A stretch of DNA of 64,000 nt, taken from positions 60,331 through 124,330 of the forward strand of contig CAYLYH010000001.1 in NCBI GenBank assembly GCA_964388155.1, read 5' to 3'. The notes below the pieces were generated by a model. It saw nothing but the letters and a program-made list of their open reading frames with translations, searched no databases and had not been told where the DNA came from. Below, in pieces: positions 32,036 through 41,184 of the stretch. The stretch comes from an uncultured bacterium (GTDB taxonomy: Bacteria > Fidelibacterota > Marinisomatia > Marinisomatales > JACNKV01). Made by a program: the position numbers and the translations under genes. The first letter of the stretch is position 1, and every line of letters starts with the position of its first letter.

Positions 32036-32562
32036 GTCGTCTTTCCTTTCATCCTTCCTTCTTTGCTTAATTTATCTGCTACTGTATTATTTTCTCTCAG
32101 GATGTGTTGTATAGACCAACTCTCAAGTGTTTTTAATAGAATCATCACTTTTGAATGTAAGATTTTCATTCGCGGATGCTTTACTTTATATTGCCCGTTA
32201 ATTTGTTTGACGACTAATTCACTATCCGCGTAAATATTGAGTTGATTAACGCACAATACTTTTGCTGTTTCAAGTCCTTTGATTAACGCAGAATATTCAG
32301 CATCGTTATTGGTCGCATCATCGAGATATTCTGAAAAGGTAAACAATTCCTCTCCATTACGGTAAAACACCCCGCCAATTCCGGCAGTTTTTGAGTCAAG
32401 ATCAGCCGCACCATCCACAAACAAATCCACTTTATCAGTATTTGTTAATTTGTTGTATAATTCCTCCAAAATTGCACTATAGTTCGGATTCAAGTTACGT
32501 ATTATTTCGGGCTGAAGTAGTTCTACAAGTGCCTGTGTTTCATTTTCGTTTAATCGTATCAT
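32032..32562 (-). CDS. RNase HI-family protein with an N-terminal extension
   Basis: 176 aa with an RNase H core (LFVDGAA...NNDAEYSALIKGLE...IYADSELVVKQI...NTVADKLSKEG). Confidence 0.7.
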   Translation of the reverse strand: MIRLNENETQALVELLQPEIIRNLNPNYSAILEELYNKLTNTDKVDLFVDGAADLDSKTAGIGGVFYRNGEELFTFSEYLDDATNNDAEYSALIKGLETAKVLCVNQLNIYADSELVVKQINGQYKVKHPRMKILHSKVMILLKTLESWSIQHILRENNTVADKLSKEGRMKGKTT

Positions 32563-32737
32563 GACCGGAAATTACACAAATTGCTTTATAAAATTAAGAT
32601 TTAAGATTGAAAATTTCTGAGAAGGGCAAAGAATAGCCTGATAAAAAAAGAAAATATTTTCAGAATAATTCTTTACTGTTCCGGTTTATAAGAAGTAATT
32701 TTTATTCGATTATTTTCAAAACAAACCGGGAATTCTC

Positions 32738-34285
32738 ATGAAACGATCAACTTATGGACTCTTATCCTTCAGTGCAATTTTCTTTATTATGTACGCATTC
32801 GGCTTATCATTTTTTGAAGCAGTTTGGACTTTCCCTACGCAACGGGCGATTCCTCTTATGGTTCTTATCTTGGTAGGAACCGGAGTATTTATCACTTTCA
32901 AACTGGGTTTTCCTCAAATTCGCTATTTTTTGCATGGAGTGAAAGTCACACGCGGTATTTATGATAATCCTGAAGACGAAGGAGATTTGAATCATTTTCG
33001 TGCTTTGGCGACCGCGCTTTCTGCTACTGTCGGTATTGGCAATATTGCAGGTGTTGCTACGGCTATCTATTTTGGAGGTCCCGGAGCATTGTTTTGGATG
33101 TGGATTACAGCCTTTTTTGGTACTACATTAAAATATGCGGAGAGTACTTTATCCCTGAAATACCGAGAAATGGATTCATTAGGATACACAGCCGGCGGTC
33201 CGATGTACACAATCGAAAATGGATTGGGACGTCAATGGCGATGGTTAGCTGTCGCATTTGCCGCATTTGCCGTTATCTGTTCATTCGCTACAGGAAATGC
33301 AATCCAGTCGTTCACCGTTTCTGACCAAATATATTCTGAATTTTTACAATTTATGTCGCCGGAAAGTGCATTAATGATCAAACACACCATTTGGACTGGG
33401 TTTGACCTATCCATGTTACAGGTAATTAACGGGTTGATACTCTCTGCCGTTGTTGCGTTGGTTATCATTGGAGGAATTAAACGAATTGGGCATGTCACAG
33501 GATTTCTTGCTCCGTTTATGGCGCTCATTTATGTATCTGCAGCCTCGTTAATTCTGTTTGCTAATCTCCCATTACTCCCAGGGAGTGTAAAACTCATCTT
33601 TCAAATGGCATTCAACCCTCCGGCAGAAATCGCCGGTGTTGGTGGTGGGGCTTTCCTTGTGATTATGAACACGATGCTATGGGGAATTAAACGCGGATTA
33701 TATTCCAATGAAGCCGGACAAGGGTCTGCAGCCATTGCACACTCTACTGCAAAAACAAAACATCCGGTGCGAGAAGGTACCGTCGCTATGTTGGGTCCTT
33801 TTATTGACACAATTATAATTTGTACAATGACCGGATTGGTTATTCTTTCAACAGGTGCTTGGCATCATACAGAATTTTATGTGAACCGTATCAACCCGGA
33901 ATTTGCAGGAGATTTATTAAACAGCAGTCGACTGACGGCATTTGCGTTCAAGGAAGGATTATCCTGGCTATTTGCCTATGGAGATAAAATTGTTACAATT
34001 TCTGTAACATTATTTGCCGTATCTACGGCCATCAGTTGGTCGTTTTACGGTGACCGTTCTATTGAGTATCTTTTTGGCGAACGTTCGATAAAAATATATC
34101 GTTGGGTGTTTGTTGTATTTGTGTTTATCGGAGCCATTGCAAGCCTAAATGCTGTGTGGGCGTTTGGAGATGCGGCACTTGGATTTATGACATTCCCCAA
34201 TCTGTTGTCGATTATTCTATTATCTACAGCTCTGAAGAAAATGACAAAGAAATACTTTTCAGTAGAACATAAACCGTATAAGTGA
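32738..34285 (+). CDS. Alanine/glycine:cation symporter (AGCS family)
   Basis: 515 aa with ~11 TM helices and typical AGCS segments (FRALATALSATVGIGNIAGVATAI..GGPGALFWMW, GIKRGLYSNEAGQGSAA). Confidence 0.9.
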   Translation: MKRSTYGLLSFSAIFFIMYAFGLSFFEAVWTFPTQRAIPLMVLILVGTGVFITFKLGFPQIRYFLHGVKVTRGIYDNPEDEGDLNHFRALATALSATVGIGNIAGVATAIYFGGPGALFWMWITAFFGTTLKYAESTLSLKYREMDSLGYTAGGPMYTIENGLGRQWRWLAVAFAAFAVICSFATGNAIQSFTVSDQIYSEFLQFMSPESALMIKHTIWTGFDLSMLQVINGLILSAVVALVIIGGIKRIGHVTGFLAPFMALIYVSAASLILFANLPLLPGSVKLIFQMAFNPPAEIAGVGGGAFLVIMNTMLWGIKRGLYSNEAGQGSAAIAHSTAKTKHPVREGTVAMLGPFIDTIIICTMTGLVILSTGAWHHTEFYVNRINPEFAGDLLNSSRLTAFAFKEGLSWLFAYGDKIVTISVTLFAVSTAISWSFYGDRSIEYLFGERSIKIYRWVFVVFVFIGAIASLNAVWAFGDAALGFMTFPNLLSIILLSTALKKMTKKYFSVEHKPYK

Positions 34286-34349
34286 TACGTTTTATGGAAA
34301 ATGTATTAACTGATTGCTCTTCGCTTTAAGCTAATAAAGGTTAACCTTA

Positions 34350-35135
34350 ATGACTAACACTCAAACCTTTCGTTCGGTGGCAGTTGGGGCCGCAAAATCA
34401 GCAGCTCAAATTATCATGGACGCACTGCAGCACCCACGGGATGTTCACCATAAAGGGCGAACGAATTTGGTAACAGAGACTGATCGCCGTTCAGAAGACG
34501 CCATCATCTCTCACATTCGAGCTACCTTCCCTGACCATAGCATTTTGGCTGAAGAATCCGGCACGAACAATCGCGACTCTGATTATCTCTGGGTTGTTGA
34601 TCCCTTGGACGGAACCACGAATTTTGTGCACGGATATCCATCGTTCGGGGTTTCAATTGCCGTGTTGCATGATGGAGAACCCATCATTGGTGTTGTCGTC
34701 GAATTACCGGTGAATCGAGTGTATACCGCTGTTAAAAATGCCGGTGCATTTTGTGACAATGAGCCAATTCATGTTTCAAATGTATCAGAGCTGGAGAAAT
34801 CTATATTGGTTACCGGATTTGGATATGACCATAACGAAAACTGGCATAGAAATATGGAGTTGTTTAAATCCTTTACAGATATTACTCAGGGCGTACGTCG
34901 TCTCGGGTCTGCAGCGGTGGATTTATGTCATGTAGCACGCGGAGTTGTAGACGGTTTTTGGGAGTATGATCTGCATCCATGGGATACAGCTGCAGGAATT
35001 CTACTCGTTAGAGAAGCTGGCGGAATCGTTACAAAAATGAACGGAGAACCTTATTCGATTTATGATGACTCTATTCTGGCTACAAACGGATTATTGCACC
35101 AAGAAATGAAAAAACAAATTATTAACGATACTTAA
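34350..35135 (+). CDS. suhB: Inositol monophosphatase family protein
   Basis: 261 aa with IMPase motifs (AEESG, WVVDPLDGTTNF, WDTAAG). Confidence 0.85.
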   Translation: MTNTQTFRSVAVGAAKSAAQIIMDALQHPRDVHHKGRTNLVTETDRRSEDAIISHIRATFPDHSILAEESGTNNRDSDYLWVVDPLDGTTNFVHGYPSFGVSIAVLHDGEPIIGVVVELPVNRVYTAVKNAGAFCDNEPIHVSNVSELEKSILVTGFGYDHNENWHRNMELFKSFTDITQGVRRLGSAAVDLCHVARGVVDGFWEYDLHPWDTAAGILLVREAGGIVTKMNGEPYSIYDDSILATNGLLHQEMKKQIINDT

Positions 35136-35137
35136 GC

Positions 35138-36694
35138 TTATCCTCTCCACAATTGTCTATCTAAACTTCGATATTGAATCGCTTCGCTCACATGCTGAAC
35201 TTTTATCCTGTCCTCCCCTCCTAAATCTGCTATCGTACGTGATACTTTCAAAATTCGATCATACGCCCGCGCAGAAAGTCCCAGTTTCTCCATAGCAGTT
35301 TTGATCATGTCAGAAGCGTTTTTATCCAACTTACAGTGAATTTTTAACTCATTTGTTTGCATTTGCGAATTGGAGAATACTCCGTTTGTAGACTTATACC
35401 GATTCAGCTGAATTTTCCTAGCTACTTGCACTCGTCTGGTAATAGCCTCGGATGGTTCTCCCGCATCCATGCCTGACAACTGAGAAAACGGCACAGCAGG
35501 AACCTCGATATGAATGTCAATTCTGTCCATCAGCGGACCGGATATTCGGCTCATGTATCGCTGAATCATTTGTGGAACGCAAGTGCAATCATTATTGGGA
35601 TCCGTTGAGTAACCGCACGGACAAGGATTCATAGCGGCAACCAACATAAATCTTGATGGATATGTCAACGATATCGCTGCTCTGGCAATGGTTACGTGAC
35701 CATCTTCCAGGGGTTGACGCATCACTTCCAGTACATTCTTTTTGAACTCTGGCAACTCATCTAAAAACAGGACTCCGTTATGCGCTAAGCTGACTTCACC
35801 CGGTTTCGGCATACCACCGCCGCCAATGAGCCCGGCATCAGAAATCGTATGGTGAGGAGAACGAAACGGACGTGTTGCAACTAACCCGTTTCCACTGGGT
35901 AAGATACCGGCAACAGAGTGTATTTTTGTTGTTTCAAGGGCTTCATCAAGAACCAAGTCGGGTAGAATCGTGGGTAAGCGTTTAGCCAGCATTGTTTTAC
36001 CGCTGCCGGGAGGCCCGATCATGATTACATTATGTCCACCGGATGCTGCAACCTCTAACGCACGTTTTACCTGCTCCTGTCCTTTGACATCTTTGAAATC
36101 GACGGTATAAACTTTATTTCGATTAAACATTTCATCTCGATTTACTATTACCGGTTGAATACTCACCTCACCATTCAAAATCGCAATGACTTCAGATAAA
36201 GAGGATACTCCGGCAACTTTAATTCCTTCTACTACGGCGGCTTCATCAGCATTCTCCTTTGGTAAAATCACGCCGCGGATGCCATTATCTCTGGCAGAAA
36301 TTGCAACCGGCAACGCACCTTTAACCGGGCGCAAACTTCCGTCCAGTGCAAGTTCGCCGAGTATAAGGAGGTTATTTAAATACGTATGGCGTACATATCC
36401 GTAAGCAGACATAATTCCGATGGCGATCGGGAGATCAAATGCAGATCCTTCCTTGCGGATGTCTGCAGGAGCCAGATTGATTGTAACATGTTTAAACGGA
36501 AAATCATATCCACTGTTTTTAATAGCGGCTTTTACCCTCTCCTTACTTTCTTTGACGGCTCCTTCAGGCAGTCCAACCGTATGATACTTTGGCAATTTCG
36601 CTCCGGTGAGGTGGGCTTCTACTTCAACAATGTACGCATCGATACCCTGAATGGTACTGCTTAACACTTTGGCTAACATTTTTTTCTGTGGCAT
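35138..36694 (-). CDS. Mg-chelatase-like ATPase YifB/ComM
   Basis: 518 aa with an N-terminal Lon-like domain, an AAA+ core (GPPGSGKTMLA, VLFLDELPEF) and a C-terminal ChlI-type domain. Its stop lies 2 bp from the convergent suhB stop. Confidence 0.9.
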   Translation of the reverse strand: MPQKKMLAKVLSSTIQGIDAYIVEVEAHLTGAKLPKYHTVGLPEGAVKESKERVKAAIKNSGYDFPFKHVTINLAPADIRKEGSAFDLPIAIGIMSAYGYVRHTYLNNLLILGELALDGSLRPVKGALPVAISARDNGIRGVILPKENADEAAVVEGIKVAGVSSLSEVIAILNGEVSIQPVIVNRDEMFNRNKVYTVDFKDVKGQEQVKRALEVAASGGHNVIMIGPPGSGKTMLAKRLPTILPDLVLDEALETTKIHSVAGILPSGNGLVATRPFRSPHHTISDAGLIGGGGMPKPGEVSLAHNGVLFLDELPEFKKNVLEVMRQPLEDGHVTIARAAISLTYPSRFMLVAAMNPCPCGYSTDPNNDCTCVPQMIQRYMSRISGPLMDRIDIHIEVPAVPFSQLSGMDAGEPSEAITRRVQVARKIQLNRYKSTNGVFSNSQMQTNELKIHCKLDKNASDMIKTAMEKLGLSARAYDRILKVSRTIADLGGEDRIKVQHVSEAIQYRSLDRQLWRG

Positions 36695-36748
36695 AATTTA
36701 TATAGGTTAGGTTAGGTTTATTTTGGAAGAAAATACTTCAAAAGCGTT

Positions 36749-37216
36749 TTATTCCGTCTGTGGGCGAATCTTACCAAATTTTAAATTTTCGTATTTCTCC
36801 CATATCGTTTCACCGGATGCTTGCTGAAAACGAAAGGCAAATGAGAGGGCTTCATAAAACGGTCTGTCTAAGAATTCATCATGTCGATAATACTCATCAA
36901 CCCACCCGACAAATTCGACAATATTTGTATCTTCCAGTTTATCAAATATTCCAAATACCAATTCAGCACGATTGTTGTAATACCAAGTGGTTAACTCATT
37001 ATGTCCAAGTTCATTTTTCAAACCAGTATACGTATCATAAACTTGTGTAAGATACGAGAAGAGATACACTTCCTTTTCTTTCTGAGTCAGCGTTCGCCAA
37101 TAGGCAACAATTGGGGAAATATTTTTATCCATGGGTATTTGGGTAAATCCGATCTGTAACCCGAACACAATGATTAGACAAAACGTAATTTTATTCATTT
37201 TCAGTAGATGATTCAT
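36749..37216 (-). CDS. Hypothetical secreted protein
   Basis: 155 aa with a signal-like N-terminus (probable start at the internal MNKITF...). I recognise no motif. It overlaps the ispG 3' end. Confidence 0.4.
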   Translation of the reverse strand: MNHLLKMNKITFCLIIVFGLQIGFTQIPMDKNISPIVAYWRTLTQKEKEVYLFSYLTQVYDTYTGLKNELGHNELTTWYYNNRAELVFGIFDKLEDTNIVEFVGWVDEYYRHDEFLDRPFYEALSFAFRFQQASGETIWEKYENLKFGKIRPQTE

Positions 37217-38276
37217 TCTCTTCCTCGAACTGCTTAATTAATTCTTCCAGACGATTTATTGCGTCTTTTTCCCGAACTTTGCCGATGCTCTTCCCCTGAT
37301 AATACAATAATCCTCCGCCTTTTCCAAAGGCTATTCCTAAGTCTGTATGCGATGCTTCACCCGGTCCGTTAACGGCACAACCCATGAGAGCTATGGACAT
37401 CGGCGTCTTAATATGGCTCAATTTTTCTTCCATCTCTTCTGCAATTTTGAACAAATCCACTTCAAGTCTGCCGCAGGTTGGGCACGCTACAATGGTCACA
37501 CCTTTTGTCACCAACCCCAGGGATTTTAAAAGCTCGTATCCGACATGAACTTCTTCCACAGGATCGCCGGTCAAACTCACCCGAATTGTATCACCAATAC
37601 CACTTGCAAGCAAAGCTCCAATTCCCACAGATGATTTAATCGTCCCCGATTTTATTGGGCCGGCTTCTGTCACTCCTAAGTGTAGCGGAATATCGAATTC
37701 CTCAGAAAATAATCTATTTGCATCAAGCATCAGATTCACATTAGATGCCTTCAGAGAGACAATAATATCGTGAAAATCATTTTTGTTACAAATATTAATA
37801 TGGCGACGAGCACTTTCAACCATTGCTTCTGCAGTGGGATATCCATATTTTTCTAATAAATCTTTCTCTAGGCTTCCGGCATTTACACCGATGCGTATAG
37901 GGATTCCGGCAGATTTTACTTTTGTGAGAACGTCTCTTACTCTCTCTCTTGATCCAATATTTCCGGGATTAATTCTAATTTTGTCTACACCGGCATCTAC
38001 GGCCATCAATGCCATTTTATAATTAAAATGGATGTCGGCGACCAATGGGACAGTCATATTTTTTTTTATGTCGGTTAATGCATTTGCGGATTTTTCATCA
38101 GGGACAGTTACACGAATAATCTGACATCCGGCTTCTTCCAGCTTTTCGATCTGGTTTAATGTTGCGTTAGTATCGTAAGTTTTTGTTGTCGTCATCGACT
38201 GCACGGATATTGGAGCATCCGCACCAACAGGAATATTACCTACCAATACTTGTTTTGTCTTCTTTCTATTTATCAT
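37191..38276 (-). CDS. ispG: 4-hydroxy-3-methylbut-2-en-1-yl diphosphate synthase
   Basis: 361 aa with typical IspG segments (VGNIPVGADAPISVQSMT, RINPGNIG, ACPTCGR, GCAVNGPGE). Confidence 0.95.
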   Translation of the reverse strand: MINRKKTKQVLVGNIPVGADAPISVQSMTTTKTYDTNATLNQIEKLEEAGCQIIRVTVPDEKSANALTDIKKNMTVPLVADIHFNYKMALMAVDAGVDKIRINPGNIGSRERVRDVLTKVKSAGIPIRIGVNAGSLEKDLLEKYGYPTAEAMVESARRHINICNKNDFHDIIVSLKASNVNLMLDANRLFSEEFDIPLHLGVTEAGPIKSGTIKSSVGIGALLASGIGDTIRVSLTGDPVEEVHVGYELLKSLGLVTKGVTIVACPTCGRLEVDLFKIAEEMEEKLSHIKTPMSIALMGCAVNGPGEASHTDLGIAFGKGGGLLYYQGKSIGKVREKDAINRLEELIKQFEEENESSTENE

Positions 38277-38305
38277 AATCGCCGTTCAAATTTACGTACG
38301 ATAAA

Positions 38306-39415
38306 TCATTTTACGAAAGGGGAGTCCAAATATTCTTTTGCATTTACAACCGCAGATGAAAAATTATTAAGTTCAGCGCACTTCGTATAACAGGATACAG
38401 CTTCTGTTCTTCTTCCTTTTAAATCGTGGAGTTTTCCTTTTAACAATAACGCATTCGCTAAAACAATATCCAGCTCGGCACCATAATTATTAATTGCTCG
38501 CGTTACCAACGATTCGGAAATATCCAAATTCCCTAAATGGTAATTCAATAAAGCAGATTCATAATCGATATAACCGGAATACCAAGACTGCTCAACGGGA
38601 GTCAGCCCCTTAAGGTATTGTTTAAGATATTCTTCTAACAGCATAGCTTCCTTAAGTTTACCAATATTAATAAGTGATTCTAAATACATGATGTTAAAAT
38701 AATAATTTTTCGGGAAATGCTCTGAAAGGTTACGGCTATAAATCAACGCTTTATCGGGAGAATTCAATACCCATACATATAGAAACGACAAAATACTTTG
38801 TGCTTCAATCCATGCATACTCTCCGCTATTTGCAGCTAACTCTATTTTTATTAACCCTGATTCCTTTGTCGTTTCAAGTCCAAAAAGTGAAACCGCTGTT
38901 TTGACTAACACATTACTCAGCCCCGCATAATATTCTACGATTCCAATCGGGAGCTGTGCATCCACCAATTCGGGGTGTTCGTTATGCACTTTTCGTATAA
39001 TTCGAAAGCCCTTCCATGCATGCATAAGCGTCGATATCCATTCTTTTTTTCCCAGACCAATCCGGGCATTCAACCCAACGGCAGTTCCGTAAAATAGCCG
39101 ATACTGCGGATTGTCCGGATATTGCTGAATTAATGCTTCATATACGGGAATTATCTCATCTAAATCTTGGCTTAAATGTCGATAAGAATTTTCGACTTCG
39201 TCGTTTGCCTGACTATGGAGCCAACGAGCAGTTACCCATGTTAAATGCACTGCAGGATGCGCCGGTGCATCTTGTCTGGCTTGGGTAAGAATGTCTATCG
39301 CTAATTGGGTCTCGTAATTGTAAAATGCATGGACGCCGGCTGTGACTTTTTCATCTATGGTATTTTCTGCAATTAGAAGAGAAAGAAGGATAATAAATAA
39401 AAAAATACGATACAA
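38306..39415 (-). CDS. Hypothetical secreted helical/TPR-like protein
   Basis: 369 aa with a signal peptide and helical-repeat character. I recognise no specific family. Confidence 0.4.
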   Translation of the reverse strand: MYRIFLFIILLSLLIAENTIDEKVTAGVHAFYNYETQLAIDILTQARQDAPAHPAVHLTWVTARWLHSQANDEVENSYRHLSQDLDEIIPVYEALIQQYPDNPQYRLFYGTAVGLNARIGLGKKEWISTLMHAWKGFRIIRKVHNEHPELVDAQLPIGIVEYYAGLSNVLVKTAVSLFGLETTKESGLIKIELAANSGEYAWIEAQSILSFLYVWVLNSPDKALIYSRNLSEHFPKNYYFNIMYLESLINIGKLKEAMLLEEYLKQYLKGLTPVEQSWYSGYIDYESALLNYHLGNLDISESLVTRAINNYGAELDIVLANALLLKGKLHDLKGRRTEAVSCYTKCAELNNFSSAVVNAKEYLDSPFVK

Positions 39416-39429
39416 AATACTGGACTTCT

Positions 39430-41079
39430 TCAGGATTTTTTAGCAGTTAAAATAAGCCACCCTTTTGCTTCATTATTATCAGAATTGAGTTCCAAACTGC
39501 GTTCCCACGCTGCTTTCGCCAATTGTGATTCTCCCATCTTCCAATATGTTATCCCAATACCAACATACGCTGATGAGTCCTTTGGACGAAGCTCAATCAC
39601 TTCCTGATATGCAGAGAGAGATTCTTTGTACATGGCTTTGTCTCTATAGTGTTTCCCAAGCGTGCGCATCGCACCCGGCAGCCATTCAAAAGAATTAGAA
39701 TTAATGCTGATGGCTTTGTCAAACGATGTTCTGCCTATCGCGGATTGTCCGGTCCGATTGTATTCAACGGCTAAAACGTAGTACGTCTGCGGAAGCAATT
39801 TTAACACCATCGGATGGTTGGGTTGATAATGCAGTAAATCCTCCCAGGCGGATGCGGCTCTCCCCCACTCATTTGCGCGGTAGTATGATAATCCCTGCAT
39901 ATAGCGACCGTCAATATTGCCGGGTTTCAAACGGATGACATCTGTATACGTTAGTGCGGCATAAATATATTTTCCCTGCTCAAAGTACAAATTTGCCAAT
40001 GCGGTGTAAGCATCCTGGTTTTTCACATCAATCAGAATTGCTTTCTGATATGCAGATTTTGCTTTATCAATTTCTCCGATTTCTTCATGAGCTTTTCCCT
40101 CAAGATATATAAATCCACCATTCTGCGGATATTTTCCGGTAGCATCTTTCGATAATCGAATGGCGTCTTGATATAATTCATCATCAATTCTTTTTTGAAT
40201 TTTAGCCAATTGCTGAGCGGGGCCATCAGGATCTTTTTTAGATGATCGGAGCAGCACCTGCTCGCTGACCTTTTTCTTCTCAGGTGACTGCCCTAAAACC
40301 GTCAATGCTTCCAGTGTTGCTTTATGATCGGGTTTTAAATCCATCGCTTCTTCAAAAGCCTGCTGCGATTTTACCATCTCTCCGGTAGAATTATAAAGTG
40401 ACCCTAAAAAATAGTGTGCATCAGGATTTTGCGGATTCTTGACAATCATGCGAAGATAAATATCTTTGGCTTTTTCCCATTCATATCTCGATTCGTAATG
40501 CAGGGCTAATTCTCTTTGTAACCGTACATCATCGGGGTTGCGGTCGGCTGCTTTTTCCAAAGTATGGACAGTCATAAGTGGCTTTGATTCTATCCGTACT
40601 GCCTTTTGTTTCGGAACCGGATTCAAGTATCGCGTGGCTCTGGCAAGTTCGCGGGAGCTGGTATTTAGAGATTTGGTGAGGTCATACATTTCACCGGCAA
40701 AGTCTATTGCTTTTATATTCTCTTCAGGGGAATATACAATATTGGTTTGTTTTTGTTTTACTTTTTTGGCTGGTCGTTTCTTCTTTTTTGAAGTACGTTG
40801 TTTTTTACTTGGTCTCTTTTTCTTTGTTTTCTTTTTGGGACGCCGTTTTTTCTTTGTAGAACTTTTCTTACGTTTCTTTGGCTTCCTTTTTTTCTTTGTG
40901 GATTTCTTTTTCTTCTTCGATGAATTTTTCGGTTTTTTCTTTTTCTTTGACTTTTTTGTCTTTTCGGTTTTATCGGGTTTAGAAGACGCAAATGCCGTGT
41001 TACCGGAAGACGGAAACATCCCTGCCAGTATAAACAGGATTAAGATTTGGGCGATTCGACGGATTAGATGAGTTCTCAT
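39430..41079 (-). CDS. Secreted TPR-repeat protein with a ~80-aa poly-Lys/Arg N-terminal tract
   Basis: 549 aa. A signal peptide is followed by KKSKKKKKPKNSSKKKKKSTKKKRKPKKRKKSSTKKKRRPKKKTKKKRPSKKQRTSKKKKRPAKKVKQKQ and then about 10 TPR repeats. Confidence 0.6.
   Translation of the reverse strand: MRTHLIRRIAQILILFILAGMFPSSGNTAFASSKPDKTEKTKKSKKKKKPKNSSKKKKKSTKKKRKPKKRKKSSTKKKRRPKKKTKKKRPSKKQRTSKKKKRPAKKVKQKQTNIVYSPEENIKAIDFAGEMYDLTKSLNTSSRELARATRYLNPVPKQKAVRIESKPLMTVHTLEKAADRNPDDVRLQRELALHYESRYEWEKAKDIYLRMIVKNPQNPDAHYFLGSLYNSTGEMVKSQQAFEEAMDLKPDHKATLEALTVLGQSPEKKKVSEQVLLRSSKKDPDGPAQQLAKIQKRIDDELYQDAIRLSKDATGKYPQNGGFIYLEGKAHEEIGEIDKAKSAYQKAILIDVKNQDAYTALANLYFEQGKYIYAALTYTDVIRLKPGNIDGRYMQGLSYYRANEWGRAASAWEDLLHYQPNHPMVLKLLPQTYYVLAVEYNRTGQSAIGRTSFDKAISINSNSFEWLPGAMRTLGKHYRDKAMYKESLSAYQEVIELRPKDSSAYVGIGITYWKMGESQLAKAAWERSLELNSDNNEAKGWLILTAKKS
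40750..40983 (-). repeat. Low-complexity AAR/AGR codon tract encoding the poly-Lys region
   Basis: On the plus strand this reads as a ctt/ttt-rich run. It creates a spurious F-rich antisense ORF (40538..41071). Confidence 0.8.
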
Positions 41080-41146
41080 GCCGGTAAAAATTACCGATTG
41101 CTAAATCTTTATGAAAGGAAAAATTTATGTTAAAATATTAGCATGT

Positions 41147-41169
41147 TTCTCAACTTGACAAGTTGAGAA
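41147..41169 (-). terminator. Stem-loop downstream of the UT/M23 gene (candidate terminator)
   Basis: A perfect 10-bp inverted repeat, TTCTCAACTT-gac-AAGTTGAGAA, begins 16 nt after the stop at 41185. No strong U tract follows. Confidence 0.45.
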
Positions 41170-41184
41170 TACCATAAACCGCTT

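Noticed and set aside
32563-32737. Possible glycine riboswitch upstream of the alanine/glycine:cation symporter. CTGAGAAGGGCAA partly resembles the CCGAAGGGGCAA core, and ACCGGAA at the 5' end of the spacer (32563-32569) is complementary to a TTCCGGT about 120 nt further on.
   Set aside because: The GGAGAG element, the second conserved CUCAGGCAAAAGGAC-like element and GC-supported helices are all missing. The region is extremely AT-rich. cmsearch with RF00504 would settle it.
35133-35140. Convergent suhB and yifB stops only 2 bp apart with no terminator
   Set aside because: This is simply tight packing of convergent genes. No structured element is present to interpret.
36705-36719. (GGTTA)x3 micro-repeat upstream of yifB/comM, reminiscent of the CCTAAT repeats at 45988-46011
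   Set aside because: It is only 15 nt and could arise by chance in AT-rich sequence. On the respective mRNAs the two sites have opposite polarity, so a shared RNA-level function is unlikely.
40538-41071. 177-aa Phe-rich plus-strand ORF
   Set aside because: It is an antisense shadow of the poly-Lys codon tract (AAR read backwards gives YTT). It has no independent support.
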